From the NCBI GenBank assembly GCA_030264375.1, contig JASCQW010000163.1:26344967-26408966 (forward strand): a DNA stretch of 64,000 nt. Reading direction: 5' to 3'. The translations under genes were made by a program, and so were the position numbers. A model generated the notes under the pieces. It did no database searches. It saw nothing but the letters and a program-made list of their open reading frames with translations, and was not told the origin of the DNA. Below, one piece after another: positions 40,811-54,635 of this stretch (positions within the stretch are counted from its first letter, which is position 1; each line of letters opens with the position of its first letter). The DNA comes from Carcharhinus longimanus (taxonomy: Eukaryota).

Positions 40811-42182
40811 CCTCTTTTTTGACACACGCAAGAGAATATACAAAAACAACTAATTCGCATATAACGCGTTCACACGTTAAAATTAAGAGGAAAGTGATGA
40901 ACTTGTGTGCAGTTTTGAACTCGACGGTGCTGACTTGAGATAATTAATATGAAATTACAGGAAAAAAAAGTTAGTAGAAAATTGCAGGCGGCAAATTTAT
41001 CGTGCAAATTTGATTACAGATTTGCTCAGGCGCCGAAATAATAGTTTACAGAAAAGTAATTTCCCGCATACAAATTAAAATTTCATTTGTTGCGTTGGAA
41101 TAGATTGCAGGTATGTTTCAAGGATGGGGCCGTTGTCATAAATTAATGATCAATCTACTCGCGATCTGCTATGGCCTGTGTTCTGAGCGTCAATTTCACC
41201 GAGGCTTATAGCTCTCTGTGTTTTTTTCCCCCCTAATTTCCTGTTTTCTTATAATCTTTGCACTCGTCAGGTTGCCACCGCCGCCGCATCAATATAATAA
41301 CGTCCAGAGCAAATCAATTTGTTCTTTGCATTTTGTTCCCTTTTGAAAGCTGACTCCAGGTTACAAAACAGGTTATTTTTCTCTGCAGATTTCAAGAAAA
41401 ATGGACAAACGAGGTGTTGCATGTCCCCTCCGTGAAATTAGGTCTCGGTTTAGATAATTTTACATCACTAATGTGTGAAAAGGTAAAGTGCTCAGAAGGC
41501 ATATTTAATCATCATATTGCATCCTAATTTTGAATACCAGAATCCAGTACTGACACTATCTTTTAATGAATCGTTACAGGGTTTAAAAGCAAAAAAAACA
41601 TTCTTATCATAAATATTTTTCATTGCAATAAAGGGAGAGATTTGACCAAATGCGTTAAAATATTTCCGCAGTGCAAACATAATAATTCTACTCATTATAT
41701 AACGGTTATCTTGTCAAATGAGGTGTATTGACATGAAATGTGCATCCTCCCGCTGTTTACAATGGAATAAAATGTTGCGAGAACCGATTCACGCAAGATT
41801 TGCTCGCATTTTAATTTCATATGAAACTACCGATTGTGATTGTGTTAGATTTGTAAGTTTTTATTCTTGAAGTTTTCTTAGCCGAGTTGTCTATTGATAT
41901 ATCTTTCAAAAATGGCCTTGACGATAAGGTCAATTGGATGACGGCTTGGGAAATCATTTTTTGCACGTTGATAATTAAAACAGGAAAGTTGCCGTGTAGG
42001 CTAGGGTTGTCTTTTCTTTAAATTCTTTCCCCCTATATTCTGGTCAACTGATATAACGTTTCCCCCCAAAAATCTGAACAATTAAAGCAACCATGTTATT
42101 TTAGGATATTTATGGTGCTAACCTTTGATAAAATAAACTCCTGCCCACAGTTAATTTGGTCTCTCTGAATCAATGTTAGTTT

Positions 42183-42246
42183 AGTTTATTTATTTATGTC
42201 ACAAGTAGGCTTACATTAACGCTGCAATGAAATTACTGTGAAAATC
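42183..42246 (-). mobile_element. Short retroposon 3' stub (copy 1 of 3)
   Basis: tttatttatttatgtcacaagtaggcttacattaacgctgcaatgaaattactgtgaaaatc recurs at 53996 and 62298. The minus strand ends in an AATAAA-rich tail. Confidence 0.75.
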
Positions 42247-44819
42247 TGTTGCCTTTGTTTCATTACTTGAAATTTCTGACGGACAGTATGAAAACTAGTC
42301 TTAGTATTGCGACATGCTGTACAAATATGTGAATTTGGAGTTCAGTACAATAGTGTTTACAGAAGTTGTGGAACAGTCAGTGTCTGCTGAGAGAACCCCG
42401 TCAAATCAATTTATGAAATGGCCTGTGGTTGTCTGTATTTTTATGTTGTGCTGAGGCTACCGGGTTGGTATCAGTAGGAGAGCACAAGTTTAAAATCATG
42501 TTTCTTGAGTAGACTTTTAGAAGGTTTGCTTTAGCACAATCGATGGCTGCAGTATAATAGACATCCTTTGTTTAACGGAGACTNNNNNNNNNNNNNNNNN
42601 NNNNNNNNNNNNNNNNNNNNNNNNNNNNNNNNNNNNNNNNNNNNNNNNNNNNNNNNNNNNNNNNNNNNNNNNNNNNNNNNNNNNNNNNNNNNNNNNNNNN
42701 NNNNNNNNNNNNNNNNNNNNNNNNNNNNNNNNNNCTTTTTAATGATTCCCTAGCTGCGCAAGAAAAGGGAATATATGTTGCTGTCGTTTTTAACTAATAT
42801 TGATTGGGATGTGAATCTAAATGTCTGCGTTCATCGAATATATATATACTTTTTATATTTGCTGCTACCTGGTGTCAAAAAAGCTCAGTTCATCTCGAAC
42901 GAATGTGTAGTGTACATTTCGCGAAATTTGGGCGGCATCTTCGCAAACCGAATGCATCATTTCAATGCAATCGAACTAAATATTGGAGGCACTTAACAAC
43001 TTAAGACACCCTTGGCATTTTACTTAACAAGTTACTGTTTATGCACTTCCCGCCCCCTTGCCTCTCTAAATAGTCCAAAATATATCAGCACTTTTAAGTG
43101 TCAACAATGTGGAATAGCTGTCAGGGTAGACACTATAAGCATCGCCTGCTGATTTTAAGGGGAATTCGAACCTAATCGACAATTCGCATTGTTGTCAGTT
43201 CAAACATTTTAATAATACACCTCCACAGATGGCACTGTTACAGGTGCTTGGGAACTCAGACTGCTGCGCTTGGGAGGGACAGTTTCAAGTGGATGTTGAG
43301 TGGCCTGAAAGGAAATTGCCTTTAAGTTGTGGGTGAAGAAGATATTGCGCCAGGGTACTTCTTAACCAAAACAACAAAAAAAAACACGTTGATTAAAATT
43401 GTTTTATCCTAGCATCGTGGTTTGAGGAATTTTTATTTAAAAAAAGCATAATGCATGCTGAAGGCACACCCGCAACGGATTTACTGTAGCATTGATTTAC
43501 TGTCCATCCACCTCCACCTCCCACCCCCCAGCCGCCTCCCCTTACCCCCTACCTCGCTTCCTAAAAGGCGAGCTCCACAGGGGATGAATTTGGGGAGTTT
43601 TGTTTTACCCTACATGAGAAATCTCGAGGCTCAAGTGATTTGAGGCAAGATGCACAAATCCAATTAAACTCTACCACAAGTTTATCACATTCCCAAGATC
43701 TTAATGACTAGGAAGGGAGATTAAAATAGGAAAAGTTCATATATTACGCGAGATATTTCAGTTCAACCTAAAAAAAAACTTGTGTTTGTAACGCATATCA
43801 TAGAGGATTGCTGCAAGATACTGCAACATAAGACTACGGTAGTTATTCTAACACAATTAGGTGTGTAATGCTATGTTTTCCAAACCCACATATCTCCATA
43901 ACATGTAGCAAACCTAACATAAATTAAATGCTACACTATAACGTGGATCCTCCCAGCCTCTGAAAATATATAAAATATTGAAATATCATAGGATTTTAAC
44001 AATGGGAATACTTGACTAAACTTAAGCCATTCATACAGTTTACTGCACTACACCAAAACCATAGAGTAACTTATATCAAGGATCGGTGCCCACTGAGATT
44101 TGAGTCATTGCTCTGCACAGTTCACAGTTATGAAATTTTCATCGAATCTTAAAGGAGCAAATTGTTCAACCTTGATGCGAAATCTGTCAAAAGTTTACAT
44201 CAAAGACTATACATTATTCAGTTACCAGAGAAACTGTCTCCTCAGATAAGAATATCTTAATGACTACAACACAAAGGTAACGATTGCAAGGGAGGGAAAA
44301 AAAAACAAAATAAGATTTCTAAAAAGGAGCCATTCGGTCTATTTCTTTGAAGGATTTCTATGTGGGATCACGACGAAGTTCTCAATCGGGGAAGCCTGAA
44401 GTTCGCTGAACTCGGTAGCTATAAGTAAACAAGTTGTCAGATTGGAATAATCTCTCTTCTTTGGGGTTCTGAGAACATTTCGGCCTCACATTCTTAGATG
44501 TAGCTAAATCTACTTTCTCCTCGAGCCGATAGTGGCGTACTTCATGTCTTGGACAATAATGTGGCAATTGTTGAAGTTTTGTGACCCATAAAATTTCGGG
44601 GTTAGTATTCCGGCTATGGCATGTAATTATGCAAAACACTTACCATAAAGACTTGCCATTCGATCTAATGACATAGTCTACGGTCCAAAACTCTGTGTGT
44701 GTGTGTGTATATTGGGGTTGGGTAGGGAAGGGATAGTGGTGGCGGCGGGTGGTGGGGTGCGTGGGGGGAGAAAGTTGCCTCCCTCATCCCCCTCCACCAC
44801 CTCCTCCTCCCCTCCATGA

Positions 44820-45130
44820 AACAGCGCATTAAGTCTACCTGCAAAGTTAAAAGCTGCAGTGAAGATAATCCAGGCAGCTTCCCTTGCCCTTTCTTATCCT
44901 CATGCTAGATGCACAATATCAGCCTGCACAAATATGTATCTCTGAGCCTCCCCTGCTTATTTTGATTTAATGACAGTTATTGATAGCAACGAGGGATCAG
45001 TGCCTGGCATGCATCTCTCTGTCTGGGCTGACGGGACATTGACAAGTGCATTGTGAAGGGGACCTGACAGTTGGGATTGAATTAGTTGCATTTGTTCAAA
45101 ATTTGAGGAATCGATAATCAGGAAATCAAA
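44820..45130. promoter_or_regulatory. Candidate conserved non-coding element
   Basis: TGATTTAATGACAG (PBX-HOX plus MEIS), further TGACA sites and CATTGT (Sox), flanked by low-complexity runs. Confidence 0.45.
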
Positions 45131-46077
45131 GGAGCAGCTACGACATCCAACAGAAACAAGGCTGGAAATCGCTGATTACTTAGTAGAACTTTCTTTCATC
45201 ATCAAGGCAAAAAACAAAGACTAATGTGTTAAATGTAACCCGACAAGCTGAAACAAGTGTAGCTTATTGACAATGCGGGGTTGGGCTGGGGGTGGGGGAG
45301 GGCGGGGGGGGGGGGGGGGGGGGCTGCACAGTCCAGAATTTTGAGAGCTGTTATAATTATCATCTAAACAGGGACAAATAAAAACAGACATAGTTTCACT
45401 TTCTGTAGTTTGTTGTCGATTTCCCATTTTACTGTTTCATCTTTTATTTCCCTTAAGGAATTACAAGGATTCTGGAAGCTTTGCTTCAGAATTTTATTGA
45501 TCAGAAATTTGAAAAGAAACCTCTCGGGTAGTTATAGGGCAGGGGTTGTGTTTCAGATTTCAGAAGTAAGGGCTCTGCAGTGGGTACCTTTAATGATGAA
45601 GGCATATCAACCAAACTTTTTTTTTAGCTGTGCAGGTGGAACAGGACACATATCTGACTTGCATTTCAAAACTTTTTAATAGATTTCTTTTATTCAATCC
45701 GAAATATCTTTATAAGGTTATGCTAGCATGTGAGAATTGTGTTTGCAACATTGCTTGTTACCCCTATAACAGTGACGGGTATTCTGCGACTGAAAACTTT
45801 TGACTTGTTTTACAAAACTTCCCTTAATACCAAATGATGCAATCGCACCTTAATTAATCAATCCGATATAAGTGAAATCAAATGGGTTATATGGCATTTT
45901 GCAGCTACCCTTGCTCACACACAACGATACCATTAATTTCAACCCCATATAATTGTTTCTTTTTCTCACAGATCCTAGAGCTGTGCCATGTTTGTCCCCA
46001 CACAGGAACAGCCCATTCATATGTGGGCGCGAACCGAGAAAGGTATTTTATTTAGCGAAGAAAATACTGCCAGGGAC

Positions 46078-46111
<34 letters not shown>
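46078..46111. repeat. (GA)n microsatellite
   Basis: Directly visible. Confidence 0.9.
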
Positions 46112-49100
46112 GCAGAAGAGGCTGGCTCTCAGGGGTCAGGCAGCCAGAGATTGCTTCTGGAGATCTTTCAAATTTCACACGTTTGAAGGCTTATAGGGTT
46201 TACTGATTCGCATTTCAAAACAAGATCAGTGGATTCGTAATCAAAAAATTGAGGTCTGTAACTGGGCTGCATTTTGATGCACAGAGATGTCTTGTAGGGC
46301 GAGTTGGAAAGCACTGTTCTGACACGTCTCTGATCGCTGGGATGACGGGTCTCTCCGAGAAAAGAGGAGATTGCTGGTTGTCTTGTTGCCACTCTGCCAT
46401 CAAAGCCCGAGTGGACGGAAATTGGGAATCAAATTAAGCCCGTGGAGAGTTTTTTTTTGAAAAAACACGAGTTGCTCATGAGGGTGGTCGCGGGATTTTT
46501 CCACACGTGCATTTTTTTTTGCTTTGCTTTCTCAGAAAAAGGCAGAGATTTAAAAAAAAATCCAGCGCAGTTTCAAATAAGTGACGTTTAAAGGAAACAT
46601 CTCCCTTTTCCAGTGACATTATGGAGGTTAAATCAATGACGTCATCAGCTCAAAGGAAAGTTTGCTACAAAAAAAAGCCAAAGACCCAAAATAATAATAT
46701 CAGGAATATTAAAAATGAACGCCCTCTGCCAAGATATAAAAATTAATGCCTTATTAAAATGAAAGGGAAGATCATTACCATTCCCAAACCTTGCGATGCC
46801 TGCGGGTTTATCCTATCGAGTTAGCTACTATTATTTCCCCATGTTAACGAAAATAGTTGGTTTTCTAATAGCCTCCGGCGATATCTTTTCTGTTGAAGAA
46901 TTTTTTTTAAAAAGTTTAAAGTTGGACAACATGTATTGGCGTACAGAATGAAGAGGCGATTGGATTGCCATTTATTTTAGCATTCTGAAACTAAAAGATT
47001 TGTGTAAAAAATATCACTTTGAAGGCGAATAATTTGGGAGGGAGGGGGCGGGCATAAGCCAATCTTCCATACATCATCATTGGTGATGGATATCTATTGC
47101 TATTACCTTAATAATGACTTCTCGTAAAATAAAATTCTGCGGGGCGTTGTAGATATGAAGGTTTTTAATCACGCTTCAGAGAACCTATGTGGGCGTTCTC
47201 TCCACGAAATAAACTAACGACGTGTTTTGGGAAAAGGGAAGAAACGAGATTCATTTTCTTAATTAGTGAGAGGTCACAAGTCAAAGAAGTTTTTTTTGGG
47301 GGGGAGGGTAGATTTAAACCCAAGTCTCTTTTTGATGCATTTCATGTGGTATGATGATACTGTAACTAAAGTGCGGGTTTAATAGATATAGGAGTGAGGA
47401 CCTCAGCATAAACCCCCTTTCAATTGGTTCGGTTTTTTTTGTACTCTGGTAAATCAATAAAGCTGTGGCTAAATGTTACCCTTTCCTGGGAGACTTTTTT
47501 AAATATAAGGTATACTGCTGAAAATTGAAAGGTAGTTTGAAGAGAAAAAAAGGGGAGGGGTGATCGGTAAGATAACGAAAGAGGGTGTGGAGAAATAAAG
47601 GTAACATTAAATAAGGCAACTTGAGATGCATGCTATCCAAGGAGGATAATGTGGAACAAATGGGCATTAACATCAGTGTAAACACTAAGAACAGGATGAG
47701 AAATGATCGCAGCGTGGGGAGAGGAAAACGGCTGAGCAAGAAAAATGTGTTCAAAAGTGTACCACAATAAACAGGAAGAATAGAAACAGGGACGACAAAG
47801 AACTTACGCAATAAGCAAAAATGGAGGGGAGGGGAAGAGTTGGCAGACGAGAGAAAGTGTGAATCTGAGGAAAGTAAGATAGAAGAGACGAGAGATAAAG
47901 GCCTATTCTGATTGATGACCAGTTTTTGTAGCTGACATTACCATTAAATTATTGCCCAGTATCCTAGTTGTGTTGTCTGTGGCGAACCTCTACCACAAGC
48001 TGCTTAATTTTTTTCTAATAGTCTTACGCCTGGCTGCCTTTAGTGGCTCGCTATTAATCAGCGAAAGACTCTACGTCCAGGAAGAAAAGCATTTGCGCCG
48101 CACGTGTTTGACAGTGTAGGATAGTCTGCACTCAACCATTTACACAACAAATTATTCTTATCAGATGCACTTTATATTTCAATAAAATTTCACGCAGAAA
48201 ATATACTGCTTTGGAGTTCAAAGAATAAACAGTCTGATCGGGGGGAAGCACAAACCGGTCTGCCTGTCTCGTTTTTATGTACAAATCATAGCCAATCAAA
48301 CCTCTGAGTCGGAAGCTAACGGGGCGTATTCATCTCATGTAACCTCGGTGATATTAGTTCACTTGAATTCACCTCGAAAAGAAAGTGCTCTCCACTCTCA
48401 GACTGGCATGCAGTAATTTTATTAGAGTACTTTTAACCCATCTAAGTTTCTAGATTCTCCGCATGGCTAGGGCGTTCAAAGGAGCGTGGCTGAGGTGTAT
48501 TTTTTTTGTTGTTTGTGGCGGGGTGCATCAGCGGCGTGTACCATCTCATGGATGCTAACAGTTAACCATTAATTGGAACTTTCGCCAATCGAAACATAGC
48601 GCACTTTTTGAAATCCTTCGCCCCTTCTTATATGAGGCTATTTATATATTTCACATCAGTGCTTTTAGGTTGATCCTGAGACTGTACGATGGGATTGACA
48701 TTCACTTTTCAGTTGAGTCAGATGATAACAATTATTGATTAGTCCCTCTGAGCCCCCAATTGTGGATTCAGTCATGTCTTTAGGTGACGACTCTTCTTAG
48801 AAGTTTGCAGACCACGAATGAAATAAGTAAATGCCACAATCAGTCGTCTATGTATCTTTTTTGTTGCCGAATATTTGTTTTTGAATTCGATTTGTTCTAA
48901 AGGTAATGACATTGGGATTTCTCAGGGGAATCAATAATTAGCTCTGCACTTAAATGGTAGTTCATTAATGTGATAAAGAAGACAGCAAATTATAAGGTAT
49001 CGGTTTCTATATCTCTTGCTTTCACGATATTCTTTAAATAATTCAAATTGTTCACAACTTATATGCCAACTCTGGGTTTCCAGGATTAGATATTATAGCA

Positions 49101-51129
49101 ATTTTCACCATTTGCATCGATTGGACACAATACTTGAGGGGGCTTGAGAGCGACTTGGGTTTTTTTTACGTAGCAAAGGCAGTATTAGTCCATCTCGAGG
49201 AGCTAGTCTCGACCTAATTAGACTCTCTGTATAAGCTGCAGTTTAACTCCAACCGTGATTGAAAGCACGGCTCAGATGATCTATGCTTCAGTCGTGTTAA
49301 AATTGACCTGAACAGCAAGCAACTGGTTAAAGAAAAAAAACATTTAAAAAAAATTCGTAAGTAAAGAGAAAATCTGCCCCGGGTTGGATATTTCCCAGAA
49401 CGGGGACAATGAAAAAAAAAGAAACTTGCAAGCAGAATGGTACACTGACTATAAAAACCACTAGATATATATCAAGGTAAAATAATTGAAAGCGGGAGAA
49501 ATGCCACAGAGAGCGATCAAGACGAGATGAGAGAGAGGAGAGGGGAAAAAAAAGAGAATTAACATATCTCCATCAACAAGAAATGAGGACAGCAAATGAA
49601 AAGTAAATGTTTCAGCGCAGAAGACCGGCAGCTTAGTAGGAAACGTCCAATCAAAAGTGTGACATATACCTTGATGTTTCTACTTCATTACATCGCTGGT
49701 TTATCTGGTTATTTAATACAATGACCACCCCCCCCCCCCTCCAAAGTGACCAACTGACAGAACATCTAGGGTTACCTATCGAATTAAAAGGCATCAGATT
49801 TGTTTGCTGCAAAAGGCTCTTTTTTTTTGGGTGGGGGGGGGGCGGAGACGGGGGCGTGGGTGTTTTTGGAAATGGAACCTAACCTAGCCATTGACACGGC
49901 TGTTGCAGTCCCATGCCTTATTTGGTAGGTTAGCATTTTCACAGATCCGAATTTATGAGTTCTAAAGTTCAGCATTAGATTGAAGGCTGATTTTGATGGT
50001 TTGGGTACCTGCCCCTTCTTTTGGGGGTAGGAGTGCCCGAATAGGGCTCATTTCGATTTGAAGGAGTTTGGCCACTTGTAGTTCAGATTGGTAAGAGTTG
50101 GTGGACCATGAAATCTGGGGAAGTGGAATAAAAAGGTGTGTGTGTCGTGGGGGCGGGGAGGGGGGGGGGGGTGGAGGAATCAACAACGCTTTTGGAAAAA
50201 TCATGATAAGATCTGTTTACATATTCCAAGTATCGGGGTATGAGTATCTCAGATTAACACATCATGATGCAGTCCCTGTAATCCAAATGTGACTGTTAAA
50301 CGTCAGTCACAATTGATGTGTTTTGGAGGTTATATATAAACAAGCAACGTGCCATTCTTAACAAAACAAGAGGTATTGGTCCCAGCATGAATACTTCAGC
50401 TGCCAATAGTCACACTAACAAAATTACGACCGATCTGAACCTGCTTATTTTCCACCTAGCAGCTTTGAGTTGGAGCGATTTTAACGGTAACGGCAGCACA
50501 TGTACATTCGCCGCCTGGGTTGAAATGACAGTGTAGTCAGAATTCTCCCAGCCAGGGCTGGAGTGAGTTTGGGTATTGTCAGGAGCTTCTAAGCTTAAGG
50601 ACAAGGATAGACCAATTCAAGCAGAAGTCCATGTAATGCTTGGTGCAATTCGAATACAAAGTGAAGGTGAAGAAGGTCTCCTTCATAGGGCCAGCAGCGA
50701 GATGTACTTTGAGGCGAAATTAGAGAGAAAATAGCTAACATAAAAATGTCACTCGAGTTCGAAAAAAAAGGGATATGTAGAATCACCGGACGCCTGGTAG
50801 CCTTGAAACAAGGAATATCTCTGAAGCGACCAACCTTAAAGATTCGGTTGGCAATGTGATTAGAGTGAAAAATGCAAATATAGAGAGAGAAATGGTTGAT
50901 TCCTCTGTATCTGGCGAAGTTACAAACTGCGATGGAGGTTTGGCACACCTCGACACGTCCGGATTTCAGCCAGGGAGGAGGAAAATCGTGGACGTGTAGG
51001 AATTGCGTAATTTCTCCAGCTTATCTGTGCCGATTTCATGATGGAATTCCGCCCCCACCCCGCCCTCCCCCAACCCCGCCGTGGATAGGAAGCAAGCCAA
51101 ATATTCCCAATACAAAGAAAGGTGCTTAA

Positions 51130-51230
51130 ATAGAGCAATACAGCGTGGAAACAGGCCCTTCGGCCCAACCAGGTCTATGATGCCTTCCCAGCTAGTCCCA
51201 ATTGCCCGCGAATGGCCCCTATCCCTCTAA
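51130..51230 (-). mobile_element. CR1-like LINE 3' terminal fragment
   Basis: tagagcaatacagcgtggaaacaggcccttcggcccaac is the reverse complement of the typical shark CR1 tail (gggccgaagggcctgtttcc..gctgta). Confidence 0.75.
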
Positions 51231-51627
51231 GAGTAACTGGTGAAAATATCATGCAAGATTATTTCAGGCTTGATATCCACTCTCCAGCACCGTGTAAGGG
51301 TAGGAATAGATGCGGTTAGCGGGCTGGGAATTGAACAGGACAGTAGCGCCTTTGGCGGGGTACTTCATTCCAGGCGAGTTGGATTTTCAAGCTTTTCAAA
51401 ACTTTGGACATCACCGAGTTTCTAGAAATCTACAGGTCTGACAGAGCAGATTCAATATGTTGCATCCTTCTTGTAGTGGGGGAGCGAAGACAGGCTGCTG
51501 GAGGGAATTATTCACCTCCTGGCCTGATATGGCTTATATGGCCACAGCTAATTATTGAACGGCCACATCTGGAAGTATTACTTCTGAAAGTTTAGTGATT
51601 GTTGTTATGTGTTGCAGACATTTGCAA

Positions 51628-51955
51628 GGGGCGGCAGGGTGGCACAGTGGTTAGCATTGCTGCCTCACAGTACTAGGGACCCGGGTTCAACTGCAGCCTT
51701 GGGTTACTGTCTGTGAGGAGTCTGCACACACTCTCCCTATATGCATGGGTTTCCTCCCATAGTCCAAAGATATTCAGGTTAGATGGATTTGGCATGCTAC
51801 ATTGCCCCTTAGTTTCCAAAGATTAGGTGAATTAGCCAGGGCAAATGCATGGGGTTTTGCGACAGCGGAGATGACCTGGACAAAATGCTCTTTTGGGGAG
51901 TCAGTGCAGCCTCGACGGTCGGAATGACCTCCTTCTGCATTGTAAGGATTCTATG
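51628..51955 (+). mobile_element. Full-length tRNA-derived SINE (HE1/V-SINE-like)
   Basis: A-box TGGCACAGTGG, B-box GGTTCAACT, central GGGTTTCCTCCCA.AGTCCAAAGA domain and a CR1-derived tail ending GATTCTATG. Confidence 0.88.
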
Positions 51956-52001
51956 GCGAAGAAAGACAAATAGCAAAGGGAGAAGCGGGCGGCTTTTTCA
52001 T

Positions 52002-52385
52002 TAAAGCAAAAAATGCTGGAATCTGAAACAAAACCAGAAAATACAGGAAAGAACATAAGAAATAGGAGCAGGAGTAGGCCATCCAGCCCCTCGAGCCTGC
52101 CCCGCCATTCAATAAGATCATGGCTNNNNNNNNNNNNNNNNNNNNNNNNNNNNNNNNNNNNNNNNNNNNNNNNNNNNNNNNNNNNNNNNNNNNNNNNNNN
52201 NNNNNNNNNNNNNNNNNNNNNNNNNTAGTCCTACTGTCCTTTCTGAGCGGGAAGAGCCTCTCCACCTCTATCCTATCCATCCCATTCAACATCTTATACG
52301 TCGCAATGAGATCTCCATTGGAGATCTCAGCAGGTCTGACAGCACCTGTGGAGAGAGAACAGAGCCATGGATGACTCTTCCTCAG
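52002..52385 (+). mobile_element. Penelope-like repeat fragment interrupted by a CR1 insertion
   Basis: aatgctggaatctgaaacaaaaccagaaaatac (52002-52049) continues as ctcagcaggtctgacagcacctgtggagagagaacagag (from about 52320). A related reverse copy lies at 54.7 kb. Family name is from memory. Confidence 0.55.
52051..52316 (-). mobile_element. CR1 LINE 3' fragment (ORF2 C-terminus and tail; contains a gap)
   Basis: Minus-strand peptide GDLIATYKMLNGMDRIEVERLFPL matches the CR1 ORF2 C-terminal motif GDLIE.YKI..G.D. The tail ends cctactcctgctcctatttcttatgttc. Confidence 0.88.
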
Positions 52386-53339
52386 GGCTGACGTTTTCAC
52401 TGCGCCCAATGCAGGTGTCAATCTGAGCGTACTGCTAACACCGCAGTTATACTCCAAGCTTAGACGAGATGCAAAGCTAATACCCTGGATGTGTCACTGC
52501 CGGCTGGGCTAAGATCCGCTACACCGGAGATCTAGGCACGTGTCTCCTTGGACAGACCTGGACCGTTTATATTTTTAACATTGGCAAGCGCATCTGCTTC
52601 CTCCTAACATGGGAAGCTTTGAACCATCCGCTGGTAAAGTTTCCAACAGATCTAACAGCCACCCCCTTCGAAAATGCACCTTACAGTGGTTCGAAGTTAC
52701 ACGGCAACCAATGCAAAATCCAAGCAACTCTTCCCCAGTACCCTCCAGTGTTAGCGTACCGAGGAAGCAGATATCTCACCTGCCATTGAGTTCTGAGACC
52801 GTTCACCCTTTTAAGCAACGATGCTAAAATAACAGTATAGCCAAGTTATCGTGGTGCCAACTAAATTCTTCAAATTACAAATTTATACCTTATTCATGCT
52901 GAAAGATTGCAGGACACCTTTGTAAGTTATCAATGGAACTAGTTAATAGTCAACGATGAACTTTGTGTTTTTTGAATATGATATGTGGACGTATTGGAAT
53001 ATGATATGTAGCGAACTATCGGATCTGCAAACGACAACAAAAAAAATAGTTACAAAGATTGGAGGAAAGACCAGCCCAGAGTTCGATTAGAAAATGCCAA
53101 TTATATGCTTTAGTTAAGCATCTATAAATTGTTAATGAATTGACAATGGTTCATTTGCACTCTTCAGATGTTAATCCTATGAAGGCTGACTGAGTGATAG
53201 CATTCTTCACAGGCTATGGATTCACGCTCTACTCTTGGTCTTGAATATATAATTTAAGATGATGTTCCAATGCAGTATTGAGGAATGATTGCCCCCCGGC
53301 CCCCCAAAGAGCAGCCTTTCAAATTGGAAATAATTCTGA

Positions 53340-53605
53340 TGGTCTTGTCTGTCAGTTCGGGCGCATGTGAATGATCCCATTCACTACTTGAAGAAGAACA
53401 GAGATTTTTTTTTCCCCGTGGTGAACTGGTCAACACGCGCCCCTCAGCCAAAACGGATTAACTGGTCATTTGTCTTATTTGCTGTTTCTGTGATATTAGT
53501 GTGCACAAATTGGTTGTTGCAATTCTCTCCTCCGCAACAGCGTTTGTACTTCATCGAATAATTAATTGACCGTGAAACAGCTCAAGGCACACTGAGAACG
53601 TCACC
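53340..53605 (+). mobile_element. Old Deu-domain SINE (SacSINE1/AmnSINE1-like)
   Basis: gatcccattcactacttgaagaagaacag...ctggtcattt...ttgctgtttctgtg...gtgcacaaattggttgttgc resembles the recalled Deu-domain consensus. Confidence 0.65.
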
Positions 53606-53744
53606 ACAGGTTGTTTAATTTCTCTTAGTTTATTTGAGATAACTTTTAATTAGGCCTCATGGAACCTAGCAAGGACATTTCTCACGCTGTTCGTAAGAAT
53701 ACAACTTCACTTTTTTTCTAGATTCAGCTATGAGGATCATTTGT

Positions 53745-54165
53745 GGAGGTTTAAGATTGTTCTCCTTGGAGATGAGAAGGTCAGGAAGAGTTCTGATCGA
53801 GATGTTCAAAATAATTAGTGGCTGGACAGCGTAGATAGAGAAAAAAAAATTGCTCCCGCACAGGGCAAACATTTAAAGTGATCTGCAAAGTAAGCAAATT
53901 TGATGTGAAATCAAACGGGTGGTTCGGGTCTGGAAGTGTGGTGGATGCAGATTCAATCGAGGCGTTCAAAAGGGTGACCAGTTGATTACTTGATATATTA
54001 GTGTCAGAGGTAGGCTTACATTAACATTGCAGTGAAATTACCGAGGAAGTCCCCGAGAAACAATGTGAAGGGCAATGGCAGTTAATCATGATGTTTCTTC
54101 GGCGAGCCGGTACAGACTCGATGGGCCAAATGGCCTACCTTCTGAGCCGTAACAATTTTGTGATC
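53745..54165 (+). mobile_element. Degenerate CR1 LINE 3' end with a nested insertion
   Basis: ttgttctccttggag..gagaagg...ctgatcgagatgttcaaaat (LFSLE.RR...LIE.FK), gtggtggatgcagattcaatcgaggcgttcaaaagg, and tail gatgggccaaatggcct. Confidence 0.82.
53996..54054 (-). mobile_element. Short retroposon 3' stub (copy 2 of 3), nested in CR1
   Basis: tattagtgtcagaggtaggcttacattaacattgcagtgaaattacc matches the copies at 42183 and 62298. Confidence 0.72.
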
Positions 54166-54635
54166 GATTCTGTAATTTAAAGAATGACGATTGGTATTCC
54201 AGTTCAGGTGCCTACTTTAGCCAGTATCTGTACAGTGATGTTTTGCAGAGGAACCGTGGCTGGTGTATTGCCACACTCTACACTCTACTCTTCAACTAGC
54301 AGAGGCCAGCAAATGATTTGTAATTGCTATCAATCTGACAGTGTACCCGCGAGTTTTCATGTTCTCTTGGAGAGGACAAGGAAGTCCCTGCGTATCATCG
54401 TTGGGGTAACACCTGTGTATAAGGGGATGGGGAAGCCCCTTATAATGAGGCACGGGATAGACTCCATGCATTGCTATGTAACTGTGCTGTATCCAGCTCA
54501 TCTTAGATCTGAATTCTGTCGCATGTACGCATTGTTTCCACCAAAGTGCAGTGTGTTAAGTCTTATGTAAAATTACACTGTACTGGTGCGAACACCTGTG
54601 CACTGTTGCTCAGACAGTTTCTGTGAAAAGAAAAA

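Noticed and set aside
51628-51700. tRNA-like A/B boxes
   Set aside because: This is the head of a SINE, not a tRNA gene.
52974-53009. 13-bp direct repeat GAATATGATATGT with a 10-bp spacer
   Set aside because: Ordinary microduplication with no further structure.
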